Shown in pieces: positions 37,141-47,020 of a DNA stretch of 64,000 nt; within the stretch, counting starts at the first letter, position 1, and each line of letters starts with the position of its first letter. Location: positions 1,696,001 through 1,760,000 of the forward strand of contig CBDCXR010000004.1 in the NCBI GenBank assembly GCA_965223845.1, given 5' to 3'. A program made the position numbers and the translations under genes. Source of the DNA: Planctomycetota bacterium (GTDB lineage Bacteria; Planctomycetota; UBA8108; SXIK01). The notes under the pieces are model-generated. The model was not told the DNA's origin, did not search any database, and saw only the letters and a list, made by a program, of their open reading frames with translations.

Positions 37141-38338
37141 TGCGGGTCTTCCTCGCGGCTCGTTTCGCCTCGGCGTCGAGGATCTCTCTCGCCTCGGCGT
37201 GCGTGAGATTGTCGCGCGCCTCGACCAACGACGCGACCAGCGCGGCGTTCGCGCGGCGTAGAACTCGAAGGAGAGCGCGCTTCATCCCTTTCGGTGCTTC
37301 GGATTCGAGAAAGTCGCGCGCCAACTCGACGTCGGACCCCGCGCGCTCCTCACGAAAGTAGATCGTAAGCGCCGCGAGTCGTACCGAACTCCGATCGTCG
37401 TGCAAATACCTCGCGAAGCGGTCGCTGGTTCCTTCGAGCGTCGCGATCTTGGTGAGCGCCCGACCGACTGCGGGGCTCCCCTCTGGCGGTGTCGCATCAA
37501 CGTAGCGGTAGATCGCCTCGAGACCATCCGCGCCGCGTCCGGAGAGGTGGTCGATGATCATCGCGTGGAACGCGCGTTTTTCGAGATCGCCGAGAATTCC
37601 CTCGAACGCGTCGACCGGGGGCTCGTACTCGAGAATCTCCGCCGCGAGCATCGTCTTGTACATCCACTCGCCGCCGCTCCGAAGCTGGAGCTCGATCTCT
37701 TCTTTGAGACGCTCGGCGAGCTTGGGGTACTTCCCCTCGTGATGGGCGAGCAGAACGGGAACGAAGTTGAACATCTCCCGCCGGATGAAGGACTCGGGAA
37801 TCTCCGCCGTGCGGTCGAGGAGGTCGTAGACGAGCTTGACGACTTCATCCGGATGCCCGGTGATGACCTGCAGCATCGCGAGGACGGTCTGCGGGTGATG
37901 CGTAAGCTTGAGCATCTTCGGGCGATCGAGATCGCACGCGTGAAAGAAGTCGAAGAGGACCGCGTGTCCCTTCGGGCCCAGCAGAAGGAGGCGCTCGAAC
38001 TCGTGGCTGAGCTTGGCCCCGTCGTGCCGATCGAGGAGATCCATCATGGTCTCGACGTCGGCGAGAGGCGTGACACCGCGATCCCGGAGCTGCGTCTCGA
38101 GCTCACTGACGCGCGCCTCGAGGGCCGCGAGGTCGAGTTGTTCGATCGCTGGGGATCGGTTCTTCGTGTCGGCTCCACCGGGCTCTTCCTGCGGCTGCTC
38201 CGTCGCGACGGGCGTGGCGGGCTGCGTGCTACAGCCGGTGAGCGCGGCGACGAAGAGGGCGATGAAGGTGAGGGGGTGCCCGGAGACTTCGCAGCGCAAG
38301 AAACGCCCCGGGCCGAGTCTTTGGGTCGGCGTCTGCAT
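37130..38338 (-). CDS. Hypothetical alpha-helical lipoprotein (paralogue B)
   Basis: Lipobox ALTGC, coiled coil LEARVSELETQL; shares the P.SFIRR..F...PV.L..H.GKY motif with paralogue A. Confidence 0.7.
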   Translation of the reverse strand: MQTPTQRLGPGRFLRCEVSGHPLTFIALFVAALTGCSTQPATPVATEQPQEEPGGADTKNRSPAIEQLDLAALEARVSELETQLRDRGVTPLADVETMMDLLDRHDGAKLSHEFERLLLLGPKGHAVLFDFFHACDLDRPKMLKLTHHPQTVLAMLQVITGHPDEVVKLVYDLLDRTAEIPESFIRREMFNFVPVLLAHHEGKYPKLAERLKEEIELQLRSGGEWMYKTMLAAEILEYEPPVDAFEGILGDLEKRAFHAMIIDHLSGRGADGLEAIYRYVDATPPEGSPAVGRALTKIATLEGTSDRFARYLHDDRSSVRLAALTIYFREERAGSDVELARDFLESEAPKGMKRALLRVLRRANAALVASLVEARDNLTHAEAREILDAEAKRAARKTRNAG

Positions 38339-38466
38339 CGAAAGGTTTGCGCAATCCTTCGGCGACCGGACGAGGAGAAGAGGAATCGACGAATCGCACA
38401 TTCTACCCAACCGACCTTCTCCCGACCATGGGCCGTCCCGCGGGGGGTCAAACGGCCGCATTTCGC

Positions 38467-40119
38467 CTACACGATCCGCTGATCGATGTCGCGAAGGACC
38501 GACCGGGCCGAGTTTCGTCCCGGCGCTCCGAGGACTCCGCCGCCGGGATGCGCTCCGGCGCCGCAGAGGTAGAGACCGCGGAGCGGCGTCCGGTAGCGCG
38601 CCCAGCCCGCGGCGGGGCGAAGCCAGAACAGCTGGTCGAGCCCCATGGCGCCGTGAAAGATGTTACCGCCGGTCAGGCCGAACGTGCGCTCGAGATCGGG
38701 CGGCGTGAGGATGTCGCGCCCGACGACCGACGCCGTGAATCCCGGGGCGTACTCTTCGACGACCGCGAACACACGATCGGCGAACGCTTCCCGACGTTCG
38801 GGCTCGTCCCACGAGCCGTCGGCGAGCTCGTACGGAGTGTATTGAACGAACAGGGACGCGACGTGCTTCCCGTGCGGCGCAAGACTGTCGTCGAGCGACG
38901 ACGGGATCGTCATCTCGATGACGGGGCGCTCGGAGGGAATCCCGCGCTCGGCATCGGCGTAGGCGCGCTCCACTTCATCGAGCGTCGACGCGAGGTGAAT
39001 CGTCCCGTGAAGCTCGGGACCGGTACCCGCGCTCGAGTCTCTTGCTTCGCTCAAGCCGGCGAATCGAGGCGCTCGGTCGAGCGCGACGTTGATCTTCGTC
39101 ACCGGCGAGCGGAAATCGAGACTCTCGACCTGACGGCGAAACGAGCCGGGGAGAATCCCTTCGGGGACGAGTCGGCGAAAGGTCACGTGGGGGTCGGCGT
39201 TCGAAAGCACGACCCGAGCGCGGACTTCTCGACCGCTCGCCGTGCGGACGCCGACCGCGCGCTCGTTCTCGACGAGCACTTCCGCGACCCCGTCCCCGGT
39301 CTGGATCACGACCCCCCGCGACTCCGCCGACCGGCGGATCGCTTCACTGAGCGTTCCCATTCCACCGCGGACGTACGCCCAGACGCCGCGAGCACCGTTC
39401 GTTTCCCCCATGACATGGTGGAAGAGGACGTATCCGCTCCCGGGAGTGGACGGACTCGCCATGGCGCCGATGATCGCGTCCGTACCGAGGGTGCCGCGGA
39501 GCGGCTCCGACTCGAACCAAGCGTCGAGGATCCGGCGAGCCGGTGCCGTCATGACTTCGAAGAGGGCCGGGAGATCCGCGCGCATTTTGAGCGCGCGAAG
39601 TCCGATGCGCGAAAAGGCCGTGAGGGAGGCGAGACGCGCGCTCGCGCCCTCCGGCGCGGTATCGGGCGGCGGCTCGTCGAGGAACGGCTCCATGAATCGC
39701 GCGAGCCGATCGAGATGCTGTTCGTACCGCGGGTAGGCCTCGGCGTCGCGCGGCGAGAATCGAGCGATCTCGCGCTGGTTCTCGGCGAGGTCTGAGCCCA
39801 GAAACAAGTGGCCGCCACCGATGAGCGGAGTGAACGACGACGGCTGTCGGGGAAGGAGCTCGAGGCCGAGACGCTCGAGCTCGAGCTCGCGAATGATCTC
39901 CGGACGAAAGAGGCTCGTGACGTAGGCCGCGCGCGAGAACCGGTAGCCGGGGATGAGTTCTTCCGTGACGCAGGCGCCGCCGACGAGTTCGCGCCGCTCG
40001 ATGACGGCCACCCGGAGGCCCGCGCGCGCAAGATAAGCGGCGGCGACGAGGCCGTTGTGCCCTGCGCCGACGATGGCCGCGTCGACTTGCGCGGGGAGAT
40101 TCGATTCCGCAGAAGTCAT
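38467..40119 (-). CDS. Phytoene-dehydrogenase-like FAD-dependent oxidoreductase (PYROXD2-like)
   Basis: IVGAGHNGLVAAAYLA, GGACVTEE, YVRGGMG, TPPDLERTFGLTGGNIFHG, LCGAGAHPGGGV. Confidence 0.9.
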   Translation of the reverse strand: MTSAESNLPAQVDAAIVGAGHNGLVAAAYLARAGLRVAVIERRELVGGACVTEELIPGYRFSRAAYVTSLFRPEIIRELELERLGLELLPRQPSSFTPLIGGGHLFLGSDLAENQREIARFSPRDAEAYPRYEQHLDRLARFMEPFLDEPPPDTAPEGASARLASLTAFSRIGLRALKMRADLPALFEVMTAPARRILDAWFESEPLRGTLGTDAIIGAMASPSTPGSGYVLFHHVMGETNGARGVWAYVRGGMGTLSEAIRRSAESRGVVIQTGDGVAEVLVENERAVGVRTASGREVRARVVLSNADPHVTFRRLVPEGILPGSFRRQVESLDFRSPVTKINVALDRAPRFAGLSEARDSSAGTGPELHGTIHLASTLDEVERAYADAERGIPSERPVIEMTIPSSLDDSLAPHGKHVASLFVQYTPYELADGSWDEPERREAFADRVFAVVEEYAPGFTASVVGRDILTPPDLERTFGLTGGNIFHGAMGLDQLFWLRPAAGWARYRTPLRGLYLCGAGAHPGGGVLGAPGRNSARSVLRDIDQRIV

Positions 40120-41282
40120 TCTGCGGCGGCCTCGGAACGGTCGGATGAGTCGGAGGCGGTCGAGTCGTCGCGCTCGGGGGTTGAAGCGGGGGGAGCTGGC
40201 GGTTCGAGCGCAAAGAACGAGAGCGGCGCCGGAACGGTCTCCGAGGTCGTCACGTAACCGTTTCCGCTCTGGGTGATGGCGATGGCTTCGCTCTGAATCT
40301 CGGCACGGGAGGAGGCGAGACGCCGCGGTGTTCGCGCAAACGCCGACTCGACGTCACCCTCGACGGCGTACTCGAGCACTTCGAGATACGTTCGTACGAG
40401 GACGCGGGAGGCATCGGTCGCGATGTCCGCTGCGGTCACCATGAAGCCCGGAGAAAACGTCGCGACGCGCGGAGCGGTCCGCAGGTTTCCGGTCGCTCCG
40501 AAGTCGAGCCTCAGAACATCGCACCGCGTCACGTCCTTGGTGAAGAGGTAGCCCACCCCCGAGGTGGGATGGACGACGAGGCCTTCGGCGTCCGCGGGCT
40601 CCGCCGGGAAGCCGAACGAGAACGCCGCGATCGAGTCTCGAGGGATCGTCTGCGAAACCTCTCCGCTCGGCCGACTCGCGATCTCGTCGATGTCCGGTTC
40701 CGGAAACCGGTAGATCACGAACCGGTCGCGCCGGCGGCTGTTGTTCCCGGAGTCGGCGATGTAGAGGTACGTTCGGCCGGGCTCCGGTCCGGGCCCGCGC
40801 GCGATATCCTCCCAGTCGATCGCTCGCACCGGGAGCTCGAAGACCGCGGCGATCGTTCCCGCCGCGCGGAGCAGGTAGAGGCGGGCGCCGCCGCCCGAGT
40901 CGTTGTGGGCCCACAAGTGTCCGCGACGCGAGGCGGCCACCATGCCCGAGATTTCATGGAGCCGAGGATCGGTGACGGTTCCGAACTCGACCGCCGAGCC
41001 GGAGTCGCTCACCGCGACAGCGGACTCGCCGGGGGAGCCGGCGACTTTGGATGGGCCAGCGTCTTCCGAAGAACCGGCGACCGGTTGCTCGGGGGAGCCG
41101 GCCCGAGACGCGCGGCGCCGGTCATCCGGCTCGGGCGCAGCGCCTCGTTCGTTGCACCCGAGACCGCTGATCGCTAGGGCGACGAGGCCGAGGACGCAGA
41201 TGCACCGAGACGATGCGAGCGGCCGCGCGCAGGCCCTCACGCGCGAGGCAGGACTGAGCGGCTCCGACGGTCCGATCGGCAT
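40116..41282 (-). CDS. Putative lipoprotein with phytase/SdiA-regulated-like beta-propeller
   Basis: Lipobox GLGC; HEISG...WAHNDSG...DWEDIA...LYIADSGNN...DAEGL...TAADI...QSEAI; ATGA overlap with the downstream gene. Confidence 0.7.
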   Translation of the reverse strand: MPIGPSEPLSPASRVRACARPLASSRCICVLGLVALAISGLGCNERGAAPEPDDRRRASRAGSPEQPVAGSSEDAGPSKVAGSPGESAVAVSDSGSAVEFGTVTDPRLHEISGMVAASRRGHLWAHNDSGGGARLYLLRAAGTIAAVFELPVRAIDWEDIARGPGPEPGRTYLYIADSGNNSRRRDRFVIYRFPEPDIDEIASRPSGEVSQTIPRDSIAAFSFGFPAEPADAEGLVVHPTSGVGYLFTKDVTRCDVLRLDFGATGNLRTAPRVATFSPGFMVTAADIATDASRVLVRTYLEVLEYAVEGDVESAFARTPRRLASSRAEIQSEAIAITQSGNGYVTTSETVPAPLSFFALEPPAPPASTPERDDSTASDSSDRSEAAAE

Positions 41283-41317
41283 TCGAAGCGAAGAACGACC
41301 CACGCTCTCAAGCGCTC

Positions 41318-42406
41318 TCAGGCGACGGGGCCGAAGCGCGCGGTCCACGTGGGAGCGAGCTTCCGGCCGAGCTCGTCGAGCTGCTTCTGCTCGGCCGCCG
41401 TCAGCTTGCGTGAGCTCGCGACGCGGCGAATGTTGTCGACGAGCTGTTCCTCCGAGTGAACACCGATCACCATCGCGTGGACGCCTTCGAGACTGCGGGC
41501 GTACGCGATCGATTTTTCGTGGAGATCCTCCGCGAGGCGCGACGGCACGGGATCCTTGCGGCCGTACGCCTCCCAGCCGCCGCGTAGACCACCGTAAACC
41601 TTCATCGCGAGGACGCCGGTACGGTGCTTTCGCGCAGTCGGGAGCACCTTCGACTCGAAGCCGTAAATGTGCTGATCGACGAAATTGAGAACGACCATCA
41701 TCACGTCTACGGTGCCGGTCTCGAGCATGCGAACGTACTTCTTCGGATGCTCGTGTCCGGTGATCCCGATGAACCGCGTCTTGCCGGCCTTCTTCGCCTG
41801 CTCGAGGTATTTCCACGCGCCGTTTTTCTCGTCGAGAACGCGGTCGACGTCCTTGCCGCCGAGATCGTGGATGTGGAGGACGTCGACGTGGTCGACGCCG
41901 AGCGTGCGCAGCGACTCTTCGAAGGACTTCTTCGCCTCTTCGTAGGTGTTCGCCCAGGCCTTCGTCGCGAGGAAGGTCTTGTCCCGTCGTGTCTTGAGGA
42001 CCCCGCGCAGAGCTTCCTCGGCCCGCCCGTAGATCCTCGCGGTATCGACGTAATTGATGCCCCGATCGATCGCGGCCGCACAAACTCCGGCGACTTGTTT
42101 CACGTCGGGTTTGTTGCCGTTTCGGTGTCCGAGGAGAGCGGTTCCGAGGCCGAGGAGGCTGACCTTCTCTCCGGTCCGGCCGAGGAGGACGCGGGGCACC
42201 GGCGGGGTCTCCTCGGCGCGCGCGAGACCGTGAGAGAGACCTGAAACCGCCGCGGCGGTTCCCGCAACCCAAGATCCACTTCGCCGGACGAAGTGCCGGC
42301 GGCTGAGCTCCGCGCTCGCGCCGTCGGAGCGCTCCCCTTCGGGAGTGGCCGGTGCGGGCGAGGGGGATGGGGTGGGGCCCGGGAGAGGCTTCGAGTCCTT
42401 GGCCAT
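41318..42406 (-). CDS. Aldo/keto reductase with Tat signal
   Basis: SRRHFV twin-arginine motif; LGRTGEKVSLLGLG, GINYVDTARIYG, LATK, LGVDHVDVLHIH. Confidence 0.9.
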   Translation of the reverse strand: MAKDSKPLPGPTPSPSPAPATPEGERSDGASAELSRRHFVRRSGSWVAGTAAAVSGLSHGLARAEETPPVPRVLLGRTGEKVSLLGLGTALLGHRNGNKPDVKQVAGVCAAAIDRGINYVDTARIYGRAEEALRGVLKTRRDKTFLATKAWANTYEEAKKSFEESLRTLGVDHVDVLHIHDLGGKDVDRVLDEKNGAWKYLEQAKKAGKTRFIGITGHEHPKKYVRMLETGTVDVMMVVLNFVDQHIYGFESKVLPTARKHRTGVLAMKVYGGLRGGWEAYGRKDPVPSRLAEDLHEKSIAYARSLEGVHAMVIGVHSEEQLVDNIRRVASSRKLTAAEQKQLDELGRKLAPTWTARFGPVA

Positions 42407-42521
42407 GCTGCTCCTCTTGGTCGAAGAGAGTGCGATCGCGAGACGTTCGCGAAGCGGGCGAAGCGCGGATCGCTCGGGATCCGGGCGCGCTCACTTGCCA
42501 GCCTACCAAACATTCGATTCG

Positions 42522-43748
42522 ATGGGGACGACTCGAGTTCGTTCGGGTCGGTTCTCGGTTTCCGAGCAAAGATCCGTGCCGAATTCGCGACCGCTTTCCA
42601 TATCGTTGCCGCTCGACCGCTGGGATCCTCGCCGGGGCGGAGCGGAGATCTACTTGGACGGCTTCGCTCGGGAGCTCTGCCGGCGCGGGCACCAGGTCAC
42701 CGTGCTCTGTATGGAGAGCGGGGCGGAGGGTGAACCGCCTCCGGGACTCGTGATCGAGTGCCTCCCCGTGCGAGCGCGACAGCGGTGGCGGCGCGAGCTC
42801 GAGTTTGCTCGTCGTTCGGCGATCCGCCACCGAGAGAGCGGTCGTGATCTCCTCTTCGCCGTTCGACACCCCTACGAAGCCGACGTGTTTCAACCTCACG
42901 GTGGCTGCATCGTCGCCGCGAGGCGCGGGAAAAACGCCCATCGTTCGCGAATCGGCCGGTGGGCGTTCGATTTCGCCGGCCGCTGGCGACCTACCCAGAG
43001 GGTTCTTCGTCGTCTCGAGCGCGAGCTCTTTGCGCGCTCGCCGGAGGTCGTTCTCGTGGCGAATTCACGCAAGGTCGACGAGGAGTTTCGACGAACGTAT
43101 CCGAATCTCTCCGTTGCGCGAAGGGTGATCCATCTGGGCGTCGATACGGAGCGCTTCCACGATCGTGACCGCTCGCATGCGAGGGCCGGACTCGAGAGCC
43201 GGATCGGGGAGCGACCCGAACGACTCGCGTGTTTCATCGCGCATCAGTTCGCGCCCAAGGGACTCGGAACGGCCGTTCGAGCTCTCGGGGCCTCGCCGGG
43301 ATGGCGGCTCGCCGTAGCGGGACGCGGCGATCCGTCGCCGTTCCGGACTCTCGCGCGTCGACTCGGTGTCGCCGATCGCGTCCACTTCCTCGGGCCCGTC
43401 GACGAACCGCGCTCGCTGCTCGCCGCTGCGGACGCGCTCGTCCTTCCGACCCACTACGATGCCTGCGCGCTCGTCGTGCTCGAGTCGATGTCCTGCGGGA
43501 CCCCGGTGGTGGCCTCGACGCTCAGTGGTTCGGGGGAGTTGCTCGAAGAGTTCGACGCCGGTTGCCTCATCTCACCGCCGGACGATGTCGCCGGCGTCGC
43601 GCGAGCGCTCCGGTCGATCGCCGAGGATTGGAATCGCTATCACACCCGGGCCCTCGCCTCGCGACCGCGGATCGCCTGGGCTCGCCACGTCGACGAGATG
43701 GAGCGTCTCCTCGTCGACGTCGCTAGTGAGCGCCAGCGGACGGTCTAA
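42522..43748 (+). CDS. Glycosyltransferase family 4 (WaaG-like)
   Basis: GGAEIY, GVDTERF, KGL, ADALVLPTHYDACALVVLESMSCGTPVV. Start uncertain. Confidence 0.85.
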   Translation: MGTTRVRSGRFSVSEQRSVPNSRPLSISLPLDRWDPRRGGAEIYLDGFARELCRRGHQVTVLCMESGAEGEPPPGLVIECLPVRARQRWRRELEFARRSAIRHRESGRDLLFAVRHPYEADVFQPHGGCIVAARRGKNAHRSRIGRWAFDFAGRWRPTQRVLRRLERELFARSPEVVLVANSRKVDEEFRRTYPNLSVARRVIHLGVDTERFHDRDRSHARAGLESRIGERPERLACFIAHQFAPKGLGTAVRALGASPGWRLAVAGRGDPSPFRTLARRLGVADRVHFLGPVDEPRSLLAAADALVLPTHYDACALVVLESMSCGTPVVASTLSGSGELLEEFDAGCLISPPDDVAGVARALRSIAEDWNRYHTRALASRPRIAWARHVDEMERLLVDVASERQRTV

Positions 43749-43915
43749 CCGGCGGACAGCGCGTCGCCGGCGGTCTCCGGTCGCTCGAGGTATCGGTCCG
43801 CGCGCGATTCCGGCGTATGCCGGCTTCGAGAAGCGTCCGCGCGATCGCGGAGCCCGTCGACGGACGGACTTCGATTCCGGCGCCGAGCGACGGGAACCGA
43901 GCGCCGCTCGGGGGG

Positions 43916-44920
43916 TCAGTCTCCGCCGATCTCTTCGCGAAGGATTCCCTCCATGAGGTATCCCTCCGCCGTCTTGCGGGGCCCCGGGCTGCCGGACACG
44001 GCCCGGTACTCGGCCCTCGTTCGCCGCCGCCGGTAGGAAGCGTACATCTGGTCCGGCGTCGGATATCCGAAGAACGGCGGGCGCACCGGCGACTTGATCA
44101 GCTCACGCACCTCCTCCGGCGAAATGACGGTCATCTCGCGATCCTTCATGTACTCGCGAACCTCGCAGAGCTCCTCGTACGCGAGCCCGAAGAGGAACTC
44201 TTGAAAGGCCTGAGTTTCGTCCTGTGTGACTTTGTCGCGCGAGAAGTAGTTGAGGAACTGCGATTCGCAGTCCGCCTTCATCAGGGAGAACACTTCCGTG
44301 ACTCCGATCAACGTGCCGAAGATCGCGCGGACGCGGCGTCGCGCCTTCCAGCTCGAGAGGAGAGCCTGGGGGAACTCGCCGACCGGCATCTTGAGTCGGT
44401 CCTTCCACATCGAAACGAGCCGAGTTGCCGCGACTCGCTTGAGTTCGATCGGATTGTGGGGGTTGGCGAGCACGGCCGAGAGCAACTCCTCGGCGAGGCG
44501 CGAGAAGACGGCGTCGCCGACGAGGTCGCCGAGCTCGGATGGTTGTCCCTCCTCGGGAGCCGGGAAAAGACGCTCGAGCGATTTCAGAAAGTTGATCTTC
44601 GCCTGGACGAACGCCCGCCCGAGGACCGCGCCGGTCGGGATCATGAAGTCCATGTCGGCTTCGTCCGTGCGGCAGAGCGATTCGATGAGCGTGCTGTTGT
44701 CGCGCTCGCGTCCGCCGAAGGTGGTTCGGGCATCGGCCGAGGGGTACTCGCGGATCGCTTCGGCCACCAGGGGGAGGCTCCGGCTGGCGTGGCGAAACGC
44801 CTCCTCGAGCTCCGCGCGAAGAGCCGGCTCGAGCCCCGCGCCGGATTCGTAGATCGCCTTTAGGCGCTCCGCTTCGGAGTCCGCGAGGCAATTCCAGAGT
44901 CCAGCCAGTTCGTCCCGCAA
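43916..44920 (-). CDS. Conserved-looking hypothetical cytoplasmic protein
   Basis: Globular composition with typical codon usage; motifs AKINFL, FGTLIG, AFQEFLFGLAYEEL, PGPRKTAEGY; TTG start assumed. Confidence 0.65.
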   Translation of the reverse strand: MRDELAGLWNCLADSEAERLKAIYESGAGLEPALRAELEEAFRHASRSLPLVAEAIREYPSADARTTFGGRERDNSTLIESLCRTDEADMDFMIPTGAVLGRAFVQAKINFLKSLERLFPAPEEGQPSELGDLVGDAVFSRLAEELLSAVLANPHNPIELKRVAATRLVSMWKDRLKMPVGEFPQALLSSWKARRRVRAIFGTLIGVTEVFSLMKADCESQFLNYFSRDKVTQDETQAFQEFLFGLAYEELCEVREYMKDREMTVISPEEVRELIKSPVRPPFFGYPTPDQMYASYRRRRTRAEYRAVSGSPGPRKTAEGYLMEGILREEIGGD

Positions 44921-44988
44921 AATAGAGCTCTTCGTCTCGAAATCGATTCGCCCGCTTTCGCCGCGAGCGGGGCAGCGAAGCGCCGAGG

Positions 44989-45384
44989 CTACATCATGGA
45001 ATTGACGAGGTGAAGGTCCGTCATGAGGTCCTTGATCGCCACGACGCCGATGATCTCGCCACTGTCGACGACGGGAGCGCGCGAAACGCGATTGTTCGCG
45101 AAGAGGCGCGCCACGTGCTTCACGCTCATCTCGGGAAGGCAGAAGATAATCGGCTTCGTCATGATCTCGTGAACCCGCACGTTGTTGACGCTGAGTCCAC
45201 GCGCGACGACCTTGTAGCAAACATCCCGCATACTGAGGATGCCGAACGTGTCGCCGGGACTCTGCTTGTCGACGATGAGGCTCGAGATGCTGTGCTCGTT
45301 CATCTTGAGCACCGCCTGTTCGACCGTGGCCTCGCGGTCGATCCGGCGGACAACCTTGGACATCACATCGCGCGCCGTCGCCAT
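44989..45384 (-). CDS. CBS-pair (Bateman) domain protein
   Basis: ARDVMS...ATVEQAV...FGILSMRD...EIMTKP...ARLFANNRVSRAPVV; GGAGG RBS. Confidence 0.9.
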   Translation of the reverse strand: MATARDVMSKVVRRIDREATVEQAVLKMNEHSISSLIVDKQSPGDTFGILSMRDVCYKVVARGLSVNNVRVHEIMTKPIIFCLPEMSVKHVARLFANNRVSRAPVVDSGEIIGVVAIKDLMTDLHLVNSMM

Positions 45385-45455
45385 GATTCGGTCCTCCCAG
45401 TCGTGGTCTAGCCGAAAGCTTGAATGGAATCCTCCGTGCGGGAGGAGTTCTTCGG

Positions 45456-46850
45456 TCAGATTTGGATCGCTTCGCCGGCCCAGTCGGCCGCCGCTTCCAT
45501 GATCGATTCAGAAAGCGTGGGGTGAGAGTGAATGGAGTGGTGGAGGTCGTTCACCGTGAGCTCGGTCGCCTTGGCGACGGCGAGCTCGCCGATGAGCTCC
45601 GTGGCTTCGTGGCCGATCACGTGGGCGCCGAGGATTTCTCCGAACTTGGCGTCCCCGATGATCTTGACGAAGCCTTCGGTGTCGCCGACCGCGACCGACT
45701 TTCCGTTCGCAGCGAACGGAAAGCGGCCGACGCGCACATCGTGCCCCTGCTCGACCGCCTCTTCCTCCGTGAGGCCGACGCTTCCCACCTGCGGCTGGCA
45801 GTAGATGCACGCGGGGATATTCGAGTAGTCGATCGGCTCGGGGTCACGCCCGGCGATCGTCCCCACGGCGACGAGCCCTTCGGCGCTCGCGACGTGCGCC
45901 AAGGCCGGCGGCCCGGCGACGTCTCCGATCGCGAACACACTGCCAGCGGAGGTTCGGTAGTGATCGTCCACTTCGATGAATCCACGTTCGACCTTGACGC
46001 CGATCTCCTCGAGGCCGATTCCCTCGACATTTCCGCGAACGCCGACCGCCATCAGCGTGGTCTCGGACTCGACGGTGAACTGGGTATTGTCCTTCTCGAA
46101 CGTCGTGACCGTGCCCTCGTCGCTCGTCTCGACCGAAAGAACTCGGCTCGAGGTGTGAATCTTCATTCCCTGTTTCTTGAAGGCTCTCGTGAGAGTGGCG
46201 CAGATGTCCTGGTCGCCACTCGGGAGCAGGCGGTCGAGGTACTCGACAATCGTCACTTCGGTTCCGAACGCACGATAGAAGTAGGCGAACTCGAGGCCGA
46301 TCGCGCCCGCGCCGATGATCGTCATGCTCGCGGGCCGGCGCTCGAGGGTCATCGCCTCCTTGCTCGAGATTACGCCGCGACCGTCGATCTCCACTCCGGG
46401 AATCGTACTCGGCCGCGCGCCGGTCGCGATGATCGAGTGCTTCGTCGACAGCTCTCGCGTCGCGTCGCCTTCGCCCGCGACGGCGATTCGGTTCGGAGTG
46501 ACGAAGCGGCCGTGGCCGGTGACGATCGTGATCTTGTTCTTCTTCATCAGATGGGCGACGCCCTTCGAGAGCTTGCCCGCGGCGCCACGACTCCGAGCGA
46601 TGACGCGCGACCAATCGACCGCGACCTCGCCGATGTCGAAACCCCAGTCGCCCGAGGATTTGAGGAGCTCGTAGTTCTCGGCGTTCTTGAGCAGAGCTTT
46701 CGTCGGGATGCAGCCCCAGTTGAGGCAGACGCCGCCGAGCTCGGCGCGCTCGACGATCGCGACGTTCATTCCGAGCTGGGCGGCGCGGATCGCCGCTACG
46801 TACCCTCCGGGACCGGAGCCGAGCACGGTCAAGTCGTAGGAGTCGGACAT
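45456..46850 (-). CDS. lpdA: Dihydrolipoyl dehydrogenase (E3)
   Basis: GSGPGGYVAAIRAAQLG, GGVCLNWGCIPTK, GAGAIGLE, HSHPTLSE. Confidence 0.97.
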   Translation of the reverse strand: MSDSYDLTVLGSGPGGYVAAIRAAQLGMNVAIVERAELGGVCLNWGCIPTKALLKNAENYELLKSSGDWGFDIGEVAVDWSRVIARSRGAAGKLSKGVAHLMKKNKITIVTGHGRFVTPNRIAVAGEGDATRELSTKHSIIATGARPSTIPGVEIDGRGVISSKEAMTLERRPASMTIIGAGAIGLEFAYFYRAFGTEVTIVEYLDRLLPSGDQDICATLTRAFKKQGMKIHTSSRVLSVETSDEGTVTTFEKDNTQFTVESETTLMAVGVRGNVEGIGLEEIGVKVERGFIEVDDHYRTSAGSVFAIGDVAGPPALAHVASAEGLVAVGTIAGRDPEPIDYSNIPACIYCQPQVGSVGLTEEEAVEQGHDVRVGRFPFAANGKSVAVGDTEGFVKIIGDAKFGEILGAHVIGHEATELIGELAVAKATELTVNDLHHSIHSHPTLSESIMEAAADWAGEAIQI

Positions 46851-47020
46851 CGATGGAAATCCTCAAGGAATGAAGAGCGAAACGGCTTGGGGCAGCGGTG
46901 CGTCGTGGGACTCGTGCGCTCGGCGGGCGGGGCCATCCGATTCCGTGGTCGACATGCTCCGACACTCCGGTGGTCCCTCGCGTTCACGCGATCGACGGCG
47001 GGTCGCGGCGGGACTCGCCG

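Noticed and set aside
38467-40119. Carotenoid biosynthesis cluster
   Set aside because: No crtB/crtE nearby; the motifs fit the PYROXD2-like subfamily.
41283-42941. N-terminal extension making a 941-aa ORF (40116-42941)
   Set aside because: It overlaps the aldo/keto reductase in another frame with Arg-rich, non-protein-like sequence; the plausible gene starts near 41282. No frameshift or fusion evidence.
44921-45220. N-terminal extension of the 43916 hypothetical
   Set aside because: Out-of-frame overlap with the CBS gene; trimmed to a TTG near 44920.
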